Origin: Octopus vulgaris
Taxonomy: Eukaryota
Length of the DNA: 64,000 nt
Reading direction: 5' to 3'
Assembly (NCBI GenBank): GCA_951406725.2
Contig: OX597816.1
Span: 37,014,001-37,078,000 of the forward strand
Shown piece by piece: positions 40,208 to 53,500 of the stretch. Position 1 is the stretch's first letter. Every line of letters begins with the position of its first letter. The notes below the pieces were generated by a model. The model saw only the letters and a list, made by a program, of their open reading frames with translations. It was not told the DNA's origin and made no database searches. Position numbers and translations under genes: made by a program.

Positions 40208-40759
40208 ACACAAGCCCTTATACCGAATTAATATACTTCTTTGCACAATATACATGAAATATCAAGCAAACATACTTCAGACCACGTTCTACAGTGCTAA
40301 CACAAAAATAAACCGGTTTTGAAATTTTCAATACTAGAATCTCCTCTGAATTTTAATGAAACTTTGTCCTCCATTTATTAAGACAAATTAGATTACAGCC
40401 ATAGTGTTAGACAAGTTTTAAAATTAAAAACTTTTTTTATTTTTATTCAACACATCACTATGTCCACCTATCATTTCAATTTTCACATCCCACGCTCCAG
40501 GATATGATAGGGGCACGCTATTGCTTATGTCTAAAATGATTTTGATCAAAGGTTTTCTGGCTCTAAGTATACCTCGTGTTAAATGAGGACAACGAAAACA
40601 GCAATAACAGCACATGGTACTACATATGACATTTAAGAACGCAGCGTCTTGGTTTATAAATCAGGGACACCATGTTGTTCTGTTAAGAAGCTAAAATATA
40701 TGGATTATTTCACTAATATTGACAACCTTACATTGAGACAATATGTGGCTTTCTGTCAG

Positions 40760-40983
40760 AGCTGGCAGAAACGTTAGCGTGCCGGGCGAAATGCTTAGCG
40801 GTATTTCGTCTGGCGCAACGTTGTGAGTTCAAATTCCGCTGAGGTCGACTTTGCCTTTCATCCTTTCGGGGTCGATAAATTAAGTACCAGCTACGCACTG
40901 GGGTCAATGTAATCAACTTAATACCTATGTCTGTCCTTGTTTGTCCCCTCTATGTTTAGTCCCTTGTGGGTAGTAAAGAAATA
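40760..40983 (+). mobile_element. SINE family A copy
   Basis: Full-length match. Confidence 0.9.
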
Positions 40984-42649
40984 TGTCTCAGTAAAAAATC
41001 CCTGACTCATTCTGTTAAGAAATTATATTTGGAAATAAGATCAATATTGGTTTCAAATTTTGTTGCCGCGCCCATATTTTTTTAAGTGGTGGGGAGTCGA
41101 TTACCTCGACCCCAGTACTTGACTGTTACTTACTTTATCGGCCCCGAAACAGCCCAAGGAAAAAATCAACCTCGATGTAATTTGAAGTCAGAACGAAAAC
41201 ATGGACGAAATGCCGCTAAGTCCAGTAAGCAAACGTTTCTTCCAGCTCGCCGCCTTATAGTAGATTAATAATAAAATACACATTGTATATCGTAAACATA
41301 CAATGTTTACATGTATAATATATAATATATGTAATAAAAGAATATATAATAAAACATAAAACAATACGAACTGGAATTTGCATCTCTGTCTAACATCTCA
41401 AAATTTAAATTAATATAAACATATCATTCGTTAACCACCTTGAGTTATAGTAAAGATTGGTGGATTGTTTTGTTCAGCGAAACCTATTGTATCCTAAAGT
41501 TTAATGTCTTTACTGCTACTTCTAAACTTGCACACTCCTACACTATGCCAATAATCTCATCCTCATGGTCGCCCGAATATCAATATAAATACTTCTTGCA
41601 AATGTTCTTGTCCCACGAAAAAACACTTTGAAAATACCCACTGATGAGGATATGACAACCAAGCAGCTTTGAACCTTTAGCAAAACACAATTTCTATCAG
41701 AGAAACAGACTTACTCCGCAACCAACCTTCTCTATCTGAACTTCTCTATCTGATATTTCAAGTGTATTGTGCAAGGAAGTATATCAGTTCGGTATATACG
41801 GTGCTGAACTTCTCTATCTGTGACAACCTCCCACGGTGACATCCTACTATACAGTGTGTATAGTAGCTAAAACGATATCCAAAATGTCAACGCTCCTATT
41901 TAGAGCCAATATATATTTCTGCTTACATGACTTACTGACTTTCTACGTGTTAAACTACATCATTTTGGAATACTTATTTGGAGCGACATTGCTACTGCAT
42001 ATATAATCATTAAGAAAAGCAACCATACGGTGCTTCCAAACGATGACCACTATTCCACAGAAACTACATTACTTCTTTTTCCCTTTCAGTTTACTCTGCC
42101 CTGATCTTACTCAAGCTACTTGATACAACGAAATTGATAACTTTGCATTTTCTCACCAGCCACACTCAGCGCTAAATGCTTTCACCTTTCTTTCTGCCCA
42201 GAAGTGAAGTGCATATGTCAGCCAATAGAGGTATACGCTGAACATCAATGACAACAATAACCTTCTAGGCTTTAGTGTTTGATGTGGTTGTTGCCATTGT
42301 CGTTATCAGTCTCTTTGTATTTTATCTGAGCATCAACAAGAACAACCACATCAACAAGAAATACAGCCGCCATCAATCTTTTCGTATTTTATCTCAGTAA
42401 CAACAGCAACAACAACATCGGCAACAACAACAACAACAACAAACACATAGCATGGAAGATATACGCAGTCCATTAAATGTCAGCAGTCTTCTTCCAGCTA
42501 CATATAAACATACAATGTGACCAAAAAATTTATGCAAAACTTTGAAGGAGATAAAATCTATAACATTCGAACTAAATAGTAAAACCTGAAGGTTGTGATG
42601 TGGTGATATAATTTCGTGTATCTTCCTGCAGTTAATATATTTCTTAAGC

Positions 42650-42702
<53 letters not shown>

Positions 42703-42968
42703 AAATTTAGTGTACATTTAAGTACAAAGAGGTAAGCTTTAATAGGTTGCCTAACATACTGGAAAGAACAGTTAAAAAGTCCAAGCCACAGTTAAGCGCA
42801 ATTTCGAAGGGAATGAAACGTAAAAACATTTACCATGTTTTACAGCCGGACATCAGATTTCGAACTTTAATTAGCAAATACAATAATTTGCAAGGCGAAG
42901 TTCTCATCAGCGGATACGCCAAAACATTAACATATAAATTAGAAACCAAATAACACATGTCTCATCCT

Positions 42969-43010
<42 letters not shown>

Positions 43011-43274
43011 CGCAGGCTTGGGTTTGTGGTAGGAAGCTTGCTTCTCAACCGCATGGTTTTGGGCTCAGTCCCACAGCGTGGCACCTTGGGCAAGTGTCTT
43101 CAACTGTAGCCTCGAGTTATAGTTGTGAGTGGATTTTATAGACGGAGACTGAGAGAAGCTCATCATGTATATATATATATATATATATATAATAAATATT
43201 AGGGAATGAATCCAAAATTACAGGGAAAAATCAGATTTAGGGTTAAATCCAATTTTATAGTAAAATATTATATA

Positions 43275-43620
43275 ATATAATTCGAGACAAAACCACTATT
43301 TTAAAACCAAACAAGGAAAGACTTAATCAAAACACAAAATTTTAATATAAATTAAATAAACCGCCACTACAAATGTTTCATGTCTGCTCCGACAATCTTC
43401 AGGTGGATTTTCGATCTTCTAATCAGTATCAAATTTTGAAGTGAATAATAATTATTATTCACTTCAAAATTTGATACTGATTAGAAGATCGAAAATCCAC
43501 CTGAAGATTGTCGGAGCAGACATGAAACATTTGTAGTGGCGGTTTATTTAATTTATATTAAAATTTTGTGTTTTGATTAAGTCTTTCCTTGTTTGGTTTT
43601 AAAATAGTGGTTTTGTCTCG

Positions 43621-43628
<8 letters not shown>
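43275..43628. repeat. Perfect palindrome, 177-bp arms, no spacer (whole insert about 43192-43623)
   Basis: Centre gaataataa|ttattattc at 43451/43452; arms are exact reverse complements; (TA)n on both sides. Confidence 0.95.
43497..43539 (+). ncRNA. Minimal type I hammerhead, canonical core (mirror copy 43364-43406, minus strand)
   Basis: ccac-CTGAAGA-t-tgtc-ggagca-gaca-t-GAAA-c-attt-g-TA-gtgg. Confidence 0.8.
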
Positions 43629-43709
<81 letters not shown>

Positions 43710-44517
43710 TGTATGTATGTATGAGTGTGTATCTTTGCATCTGTGTTCGTACTCCCACCATCGCTTGGCAGCCTATGTTTGTATGTTTGCGTTCCCGTAA
43801 TGTAGCGGTTCGGTCCAAGTGACCGGTAGAATAAGTCATCTCGGTACAAAGGCATTGCTCCAGCATGGCTACAGTCAAATGACTGAAAGAAGTAAAATAC
43901 TGAAAGAATATATACATATATATCAAATTAAATACACAACCGAAAAAGCTATATTTATAAAATAGGCCATGTATATTAAAGCAATATTTCAGGCGCTGTT
44001 TATGCGTTATATATATAATTTTTATATACACACGTACGCACACATTTTTCTCTTATTCTTTTACTTGTTTCGGCCATTTTTAGTCAGACAATTCGACCCA
44101 AGTGCCTATTTTTTAGTCCAGGATTTATTCTATCGATTGTCAAGCGGTGATGGGGGCACAAACACAGATATAGACACGCACACAGACATACACACACACA
44201 GATGTGTGTGTGTTTGTGTGTGTGTGTGTGTGCCTCTGTGTGTGTGTGTGTGTGTAGCGTGGAGTCGATGAAACAGGAGCAACTGATGAAGGGGAATATT
44301 CTTTATGTTGTATGTCTTGTTTCTCTGTTTTTTTCGTTGTTCGAAAAAAGTTCATTTCTATGGGTTTTTTTTATGTTTTCGTTTCTAATTGTGTTCAACG
44401 TTTTTTTTTTTATGTCCTGTACATACAAACATAGGCTGCCAAGCGATGGTGGGAGTACGAACACAGATGCAAAGACACACACTCATACATACATACATAC
44501 ATACATACATACATACA

Positions 44518-44563
<46 letters not shown>

Positions 44564-44654
44564 CATGATGAGCTTCTCTCAGTTTCCTTCTATAAAATGT
44601 ATATATACACAAATATATGTAGGTATGTATATATGCATATATTTATATATTATT

Positions 44655-44698
<44 letters not shown>

Positions 44699-45508
44699 AT
44701 ATATATGTATTTTTTTATGTATGTATGTATGCATATTTGCTCAACTTGTAAGTTTGTATATAAATTCTGTACGACTTCTTCCTCTCCTCTTTTCTTTTTC
44801 TCGTTTCCCCTCTCTCACATTTCTTGGCATTCTCTTTCTTTAATCTCTCTACTTTCCTCTGTTATCTCCATTGTATCTTTCCCTCTGTCCTTTGCTATCT
44901 CTCTCCCTCCCTCTCTCTCTCTCTCTCTCTCTCTATTTCCTTCCATAATTCTTCAATCCCTCTGTGTCCTACCTTACTCTGTTCTTTCCACGTGATTGGT
45001 GTTACTGCTAAGCATGATATTTTTCTTTTTCGGCTTGGCCGCGGCGTGCACAACACCTTATTTTCCTGTCTCCTGACTTTCAGCTATGTTTGTTCCACTT
45101 TACTCGCCAGCTCAATTTAACTTGTCTTTATTAGTCGAAAGACACCTGTTGTCGTTCTTGTTTGTATTTATAATCGTGTAACATTTTCTCCCTTTTCTGT
45201 TTTTTTTTTTTTTTGGTCTCTGTTGTTGCATATGTTCGCTTGCTTTCCCCCTAAAATTTAATGCCCTTAGCTTAGATATTTAGGGCCTACGAATTGTGAA
45301 CAATCTCAAGTAAAACAATCCGTAACTCTAATGATGATAGGAAGCTAACTGATAGAAGAAAGCCACGAATGTTCCGTCCTGGTTTTTTCCCTGTCCGTCT
45401 TTCTTTCGTCTATGTGTCCATGTGTTTTTATTGTCGTCCATTACGTTCTTATTCCGTTGTTTGGATTTATACACACACACACAAACACACACACACACAC
45501 ACATACAT

Positions 45509-45570
<62 letters not shown>

Positions 45571-46054
45571 ATGTATCAAATGAAATAAAATGGAAAACAG
45601 GACACAAAGGATGCCGCGGTACACATGTTTCGAGCTTTATAAAACAACTTATTTTTACATCAATGCATAATCGACATAACAGATAGTTTAAAAGCCCTCT
45701 TCAGCCGCATGCAATTGCTACACCTCTATATTGAGTGAGAAAACAGTATGGACGATTTTTTGGAGTCTAATGATACCCGCACGCCTATTTGATTATGAAG
45801 ATTTACAAACATACTTTCCCAGTGATACTCGGTTTACCTACCATTATAAGTAATACCAAATGTTCTTTCTCAAACCTTTCATAATGTGATGCAAGTCTTT
45901 GGTTTAGCAATTGCATGCGGCTGAAGAGGGCTTTTAAACTATCTGTTATGTCGATTATGCATTGATGTAACAATAAGTTGTTCTATAAAACACGAAACAT
46001 GTGTACCGCGACATCATTTGTGTCCTGTTTTTCATTTTATTTCATTTGATGCAT
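45571..46054. repeat. Inverted repeat, 154-bp arms (45571-45724 / 45901-46054), 176-bp spacer
   Basis: Arms are reverse complementary with scattered mismatches; the left arm abuts (TA)n/(TG)n. Confidence 0.9.
45917..46009 (+). ncRNA. Type I hammerhead with ~66-nt extended stem II (mirror copy 45616-45708, minus strand)
   Basis: gcgg-CTGAAGA-[gggcttt..ttatgtcgat-tatgc-attgatgtaa..aaagctc in the minus copy]-GAAA-catgtg-TA-ccgc. Confidence 0.75.
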
Positions 46055-46124
46055 ATATCCTCTCACCTATGCTACTAGCTGGCATATACAGGTGCTTACA
46101 TTTATCAAGTATTCACCCTGAAGT

Positions 46125-46515
46125 TAGGAGTGGCTGTGTGATAAGTAGCTTGTTTACCAACCACATGGTTCCGGGTTCAGTCCCACTGCGTGGCACTTTG
46201 GGTAAGTGTCTTCTACTATAGCCTCGGGCTGACCAAAGCCTTGTGAGTGGATTTGGTAGACGGAAACTGAAAGAAGCCTGTCGTATATATGTATGTGTGT
46301 GTGTGTGTTTGTGTGTTTGTCCCCCTATCATTGCTTGACAACTGATGCTGGTGTATTTATGTCCCCGTTACTTAGCGGTTCGGCAAAAGGGACCGATAGA
46401 ATAAGTACTGGGCTTACAAAGAATAAGTCCCGGAGTCGAGTTGCTCGATTAAAGGCGGTGCTCCAGCATGGCCGCAGTCAAATGACTGAAACAAGTAAAA
46501 GAGTAAAAGAGAGTA
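46125..46515 (+). mobile_element. SINE family C copy (inverted partial copy follows at 46518-46665)
   Basis: tRNA-like head, CORE-like segment, internal microsatellite, (AAAGAGT)-type tail. Confidence 0.85.
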
Positions 46516-47243
46516 ATACGATGAGCTTCTTTCAGTTTCTGTTTACCAAAACCACTCACAAGGCTTTAGTCGGCCCGAGGCTGTAGTAGAAAACACTGGG
46601 CCAAGGTCTCACGCAGTGGGATTGAACTCGAAACGAAGTGGTTGGGAAGCAAGCTGCTTATCATGTGTTGGTATTTGTGTCGCATGAAGTTGTATTTTAT
46701 TTATCAATATATGTGTATGAATGCGTGTCTATCTCTCTTTGTAGATGAGGAGTGTATGTCTGTGATTGGGCAAGTGGAAAATAATGCATATATTTAAACG
46801 TTCTGTATATCATTTAACAATTCAGTAATACTGGTTTCAAAATTCTGGCACAATGCCAGCAACTTCGGGAAGTGGGTAAGTTGATTATATCGACACCAGT
46901 ATTCAGCTGGTACTTATATTATCGACCACTAAACGTTAAAAGGTAAAGTCGGCCTTGGCTGAATTTGAACTCAGAATGTAAAGGCCGACGAAATACCGCT
47001 AAGCATTCTTCTTAACAATTCAATGAATTTGAAGCTACCAAAACCATATTTAATAATATTTTGAGTGTGTGGTAAATTGTCTCTAAACTGTCACTTTGTT
47101 CTTAAACATCGTATTAACATGTTTTAATGTTGAATAACTAATCTGTAACTATGAAGCCTCATCTGTCTCTAGCTCAAAGCAGGACATTAAAAATGTTGTT
47201 TTGTCTAAATATTACTTGAATAGAGTACGTAAACTATATATTT

Positions 47244-47345
<102 letters not shown>

Positions 47346-47664
47346 GTGTGTAAATATACATCATTCTTTTGGTTCTTGAAGCGTATATAAGCTCGAAATA
47401 ACAGCATGTAAATATTTGTTTGAATATCACTTTTGGGCAGAAAAAATATAAAGCTACCATTGGACTCCAGCTTACATTTCCTGTAGACAAACAAAGCAGG
47501 TGTTCTACCATTGTACAAAACCATCCATTTTACAAACTTTAACGGAGAGAGAGAAAACACACCTGTGTATGCTCACGTTTTGAGTTATATTTTCATGCTT
47601 GCATCACCAAACCTATACTTGGCACATTTATCGCTGAGCTTTCTCCTCTAACTTTAGCGCCATC

Positions 47665-48086
47665 ATGGAGAATTATTATCTACCGTATTCTTTGAAAAGC
47701 ATATCTATACTTACCTCCTATAGAGATACATCTTAAGAATTTACTGCAAAAACGGAACATTTAACAAAGAGTATGTGCTAGAAAGCATACACCTTTCAGA
47801 AAGAAGACAATGAAGATTTATCAGATCTTAAATATGTTACCAGTACAACTCAAAGAACTGGCGGCCTTCTAGAACGACCGACTGAACATACTCTTTACTC
47901 TTTTACTCTTTTACTCTTTTACTTGTGTCAGTCATTTGACTGCGGCCATGCTGGAGCACCGCCTTCAGTCGAGCAAATCGACCCTAGGACCTATTCTTTG
48001 TAAGCCTAGTACTTATTCTATCGATCGTTTTTGCTGAACTGCTAAGTTACGGGGACGTAAACACACCAGCATCGGTTGTCACACAA

Positions 48087-48137
<51 letters not shown>

Positions 48138-48545
48138 TACGACGGGCTTCTTTCAGTTTCCGTCTACCAAATTCACTCACAAGTCTTTGGTCGGCCCGAG
48201 GCTATAGTAGAAGACACCTGCCCAAGGTGCCACGCAGTGGGACTGAACCCAGAACCATGTGGTTGATAAGCAAGCTACTTACCACACAGCCACTCCTACG
48301 CCTGGTTACAAAAAACAGTAAAGTTTAGAATATTTTCGTACCTTCTTTCAGCATACACTTATAAATGACTTCAAGCATTTCCGCAAACCCGATATATTGC
48401 ATGTACCATCGGACAAGAGAAAAAATATCTATGAAGAAAACTTCGTATAATCAACTCCTCACAGCAACATTACAAAAATCTATAAGAAAACCGGACCTAT
48501 CACATACAGTAATATTAATATTATTGCAAAAGAATTAACATCAAT
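47665..48545 (+). mobile_element. Decayed Penelope-like ORF 5' region, split by a SINE C insertion
   Basis: MENYYLPYSLKSI..KTEHLTKSMC*KAYTF (YSLKNIP..RMRWKA-like). After the SINE: VPSDKRKNIY..YNQLL..NITKIYKK..NINIIAKEL (DKT.N.Y..NITK.YKK-like, as I recall it from the PLE pre-RT region). Confidence 0.55.
47893..48302 (-). mobile_element. SINE family C full-length copy
   Basis: Reverse-complement match to 46125-46515 with (CTCTTTTA)n tail. Confidence 0.9.
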
Positions 48546-48709
48546 AATAAAAATGAATTAGTCTCTGTGTGTGGGGGTATGTGTAGACGCGCGCGCGTGT
48601 GTATGCGTGTGCACATATAATATGGTATAGAACACAGTATTCACTTAAATGTGGGAGTAAATATTAGTATTTGGCATTAATACTGCTTTTGTCATTATTA
48701 ATAATTATT

Positions 48710-48762
<53 letters not shown>

Positions 48763-48763
48763 A

Positions 48764-48829
<66 letters not shown>

Positions 48830-48831
<2 letters not shown>

Positions 48832-49090
48832 GGCGGCGAGATGGCAGAATCGTTAGCATGCCGGGCGAAATGCGTAGTCGTATTTCGTCTGCCGTTACGT
48901 TCTGAGTTCACATTCCGCCGAGGTCGACCTTGCCTTTCATCCTTTCGGGGTCGATAAATTAAGTACCGGTTACGCACTGGGGTTAATATAATCGACTTAA
49001 TCCGTCTGTCTGGCCTTGTTTGTCCTTCCCTGTGTTTAGCCCCTCGTGGGTAGTAAAGAAATAGGTATAATCGACTTATCCCCTCCCCCA
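48830..49090 (+). mobile_element. SINE family A copy after (ATC)n(ATT)n
   Basis: Full-length match. Confidence 0.9.
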
Positions 49091-49175
49091 AAACACAATG
49101 AACTTAACTTTAGGAATCCTGCAGTCCCTATAAAAATTTTAATTATGTTATACATTATATTAACAAAATTCGGAT

Positions 49176-50264
49176 CTTTTCCTTTTGATCATCAGGTCGA
49201 TAAATTATTTTTGTTTTAACTAAACTTTTTCATACTTCGGATACTGGTAGAGTGTGTCATATAGAACATCATTTACTATGAGCGTTGTCGAGAAAAGTTT
49301 CTATTTACGAAGTTATTTTGTATTAAAGTTGTCGTATTTCGGTAATTTCAATCAATCAATGACATCTATTGAACTGAGCAAAATTACTGCTGTTGTTTGT
49401 CAACAACAACTTCCTGCGGTGTATATTTCGTTTGTCAGTTATTTATGACATATTTCATCTCAGTTACGTTCGTATGAATAAACGAGTGTATCTGAATCAC
49501 GTATACCTCACGACACCACCATGATCGTTTGTGCATTTCTAATGCTTTTAGGTTTTTTCCTGTTTTCCATCTATTTTCGGAAAGACTTCCTCCCATCCTC
49601 CCACCCACCCAAACACACACACATTTCCTCGCAAATTATTGTTTTCTTTCTTAAATATTTTTTGCCAGAAATTCAGCTTTTCGGATGCGGAGATTCCGTA
49701 AAATTGGAAATCGGAATTTTGAAATTTTCTCCCTTTCCCCCTCCCCCTCTAATTTCTTCATTTTTCACTTTTCCGTAACGCTAACCTTGACCTTAAAACC
49801 CCAACCCTAACCCTAAAACCCTAACCCTAAAACCCTAACCCTAAAACCCTAACCCTGACCCTAAAACCCTAACCTAAAACCCTAACACTAAACTTCAAAC
49901 CCTAACCCTAAACCCTAACCCTAAAACCCTAACCCTAAAACCCTAACCCTAAAACCCTAAAGCTAAAACCAGTACAAACGCTCGAACTATGTCATAAATA
50001 ACAGTGACAAACGAAACATACACCGTCGATAGTTGCTGTTGACCAACAACAGCAGTAATTTTGTTCAGTTGAATACAGGTCATTGATTCGTTGAAATTAC
50101 TGAAATACGACAACTTTAACACGAAATTACTTCGTAAATAGACACTTTTCTCAACAACGCTAAGTGTAAAAGATGTTCTATATGAGAATTCTACCAGTAT
50201 CCGAAGTTTGAAAGTGTTTATTTTTTTTTAATTAATTTATCGAGCTGCCAATCAAAAGGAAAAG
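49176..50264. mobile_element. Foldback/MITE-like element with ~280-bp imperfect terminal inverted repeats
   Basis: 49176-49460 is reverse complementary to 49984-50264 (e.g. cttcggatactggtaga / tctaccagtatccgaag); non-coding interior. Confidence 0.8.
49779..49970 (+). repeat. Interstitial telomere-like array (CCCTAA interleaved with CCCTAAAA)
   Basis: Direct reading; 14-bp higher-order unit ccctaaccctaaaa. Confidence 0.9.
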
Positions 50265-50579
50265 TATTTCCATGTCTAGCAGTATGGCAGCCATCAGCCA
50301 GGCTACTCTTCTCTAATACGAGAACACGTGAGAAAAAAAATGTGTTTAATTAAATGAGGTAACTGTTTTTCTTTTGTTTGTATGTTTTCTGTTAATTTAC
50401 CTCGAACGAAATATTGGTGCAGATAATGAGAGAAAAGTGCGCTTTCGAAGAGTGTGAAGGTTTGGAGGCTAACCAGCCTCTAAAAGAAGTCACCAAATGC
50501 TTTGCGGCAGTCGCCGCTGTACAAATGTAATGTCTGGAGATCCTATTGGTGTAACTCCAGAAAATGTTTAAAAGAATAA

Positions 50580-53500
50580 CGGAGAAGGAGGGTGAAGTAA
50601 AAATATCACTTCCCACTAATGCAACAGAAGAGATAAAAAAAAAGAATAATTATATTCAAAACGTTCTGCCCAGAATAAAAAAAACTGAAACATATGGAAC
50701 AGAATACAATTGAAACATGCCTAGCACCCATATAGAAAGATATTAGCTATATAACAAGAGGAAGGAAATAGAAGACAGATTCAGAACAACAGATATGGCT
50801 CGCGAGCACTTTGTCAGCCCTTTGAAGACAAACGATGTGATGCTTCTACCAACCTATATTGGTGATCCACATACCGTGTCAGGGTGACAGAGATACCACC
50901 GGAGTTTGATGCCGCGTAGGTGATGGCCACCCTGTTGTTTAACAGGGTGTATAAAGTTTATATCCTACAAGTAACACGCTCAGCCCCCAAAATTAGTTTA
51001 GACATTGCATTGCGGCCATCATTCAAGCGGCACAAAAAGACATAGAAAGGATTCCCGGTAGAGTGCTCGTGGGCGAGGACGTGGCCCTCCAAATTCAATT
51101 GGAGGGCCAAAAACCCAGCTATTTTAAATGTGGCCGAAAAGGCCACATAAGGGTTTACTGCGTCGCGGGAAAAAGAAGAGTATATAAAGATTCAAACTTC
51201 TGTGAATACACACACATTTTACCCCTCACAAACCCCAAAAACTGTTCCCAAACCCCCACACAACAGACCCTACACTAGCAAATACACCCATTCCCTCAAC
51301 TGTGATGCCCACACAAGTGCCTAAACAAGTATTCCAAATGCCCCAACCCACGCACGCAACAGTCCCGGTAACAACAAAATACCCATCCCCTCAACATCAA
51401 CGGCATCTACCAGTAAAAATGCAACTCACCCATGGAGGCGGTCGAGGGAGAGTACACTCTTGTTCGAGCCCAACAAAAAACATTGACACCATCCCCTCCA
51501 GCATACCCCACAAAAACGGAAAATATAGCAACTCAGACATTAAGAAAAACCCCGCCCCACCATCCCAGGAAACCAGGTGAAAGACGAATTTTGGTCGATA
51601 TCGCCTCAAAGGAAAATTACACATGATATGATAGCGTCACACCACACTATAATATTATTTCCAAAGCACAAGGACTATCCTAGACAATGTGAATGGATAG
51701 GCGAAATATTTTTTAAAAAAGCTGAAAGGGAGGCATCCAGAAACCATCTCTAAGTTTAAAACGTTCCAAAATACCTCAGGGAAGAGAAAAAAGAGGGGCC
51801 CCTCACGAGATGTGAGTTCGGCCCCCACATCGCCAATAAAAAGTAAGTAGAATATTTAATTTTCTTTAAAATGTCACCTCTTAACCATAGTTGTTTAATT
51901 GTGCGTGGTCTGAGCTTGAAGTGGAAGCATGCATGTTTCCTCGACGACCTCAGATCACATGATATATATGTGATTGTTGCTATAGAGATCAAGCTGGATA
52001 GGCTACAAACTTTCTCGACTGTCCTGAATGGCTATGAGAAAATCATGTCTCCTGGCCAGTCCGGAGGTCGAGGGGGTGTAGTAGTCCTGGTCTGGAAAGG
52101 CTTTGCTCAGCAGACAGGTACAGTCTTTATTAACTTTGAAGGTATGCTGGTCGTCCTTGACGTGACATACAGCAACAAGGCCTTCAGATTGATCGGTATT
52201 TACGCACCTTGTGCAAGAAGGCAGCAAACTGATTTCGATCGGTGCCTAGAGAACTTTCTTGTGACATTCAAGACATTAGTTGTGCCAAGAGATTACAATG
52301 CTATCCTGATTGCATGCTTGGATAGCTTTGGCTCGACTGGTAGAAGTGTTAACTCACGCCTCATCGATCTGCTTAAGCGTTTTCAGCTGGCAGAGCGTTA
52401 CAGGTTTGAGCACCCGAGTGTGTCTGTGAACCTGGATGAATGGCGACGGGGAGATCAAGTCTTACGTAGACAGGATAGTTATAAGTATTAGAGATAAATC
52501 TAGCTTTAGCTGTCCACAGTTTGTTCAAGTCCAAAAATGGTTAAGAGTAGGCTGAACATAGATAGTGCCTATGGACAGGGTTCCTTCTACTGGAAGCTGA
52601 ACAAGTCTATTTCGGCTTGTGATGCACACCGTAACCGGATTAAGGAGTTAGTGAAAAGGGCATTAAGCGTCACCGTGGTGAATAAGCGGTGGTGGTTTGC
52701 CCTAAAAAGAGCCATACGTTTTGAGTCTATTAGATTTAGCCGTCAGCTAAGTTTAGATAAGGCCAGGATAGAAGGGAACCTACTTAAGGCTTTTGAAGAG
52801 GCGTTGAGATTGGGCTCTGCATAACAAATTTTGGCAGCGAGAACAGCCTTGGACCGTCACCTCAAATCCAAACATGCGGAATGCTGGGTTCGGGCTAAAG
52901 TACGTGCATTGGGCCGCTAGGGGATTAATGTTGCCGGTTGTGAGACCCAGCAAAGATGCCATAATCAGGTCTTTAATTGACGAAAATGGCCGTTTGGTCA
53001 AAGGGGAGGAGAGGTGTGTGATGCATTTTACAAGTACTTTGCCGAATTGTTCGGGAGGAGTGGGACACCAGACCATGGTGAGGCCCTACGTGAATTCTTA
53101 GCTGGTAGCCTGAGTTTCTCGGCACTAGAGCCCGAGTTCTGTGAGGGGCCGATTACAGCTGCGGAGGTAATCGAGGCGCTATGGGAGTACCCCAGAGACT
53201 AGTCGCCGTGTCTTGATGGTCTGCCCTATGAATTTTACAAAAGTATGCCAGACTTGTTCGGGCACCGACTAGCCAGCGTCTACGCCAACTGGCAGCAGAA
53301 TGGTAGAATTCCCAGATCTGCGAGCCGGTGGGTGGTGACGTTGATCAGAAAGGACCCGAGCAAATTGGATATTATAAGTAATTTTCAGCTCATAACTCTG
53401 CTAAACACAGAGTTAAAGATTTTGGCCAAGGTGTCGGCCATAAGGCTGGCGCGTGTCGAGGACAGACTTGTCGGGTAGGCGCAAACTTGCGCTATCCCGG

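Larger units (their letters stand above)
43008..43882 (+). mobile_element. SINE family C (CORE-like ccttgggcaagt motif) interrupted in its internal (TA)n by the HHR palindrome
   Basis: Head at 43008-43167 and tail at 43720-43882 match intact copies at 46125-46515 and 47893-48302. Confidence 0.8.

Noticed and set aside
39751-40231. GC-rich overlapping ORFs suggesting a bacterial or horizontally transferred gene
   Set aside because: Explained by the 28S rRNA fragment
41636-41670. CTGATGAggat
   Set aside because: No matching stem II or GAAA
44278-44310. CTGATGA in an island between microsatellites
   Set aside because: No downstream stem II-GAAA-UH or stem I; probably a PLE-type tail without a recoverable HHR
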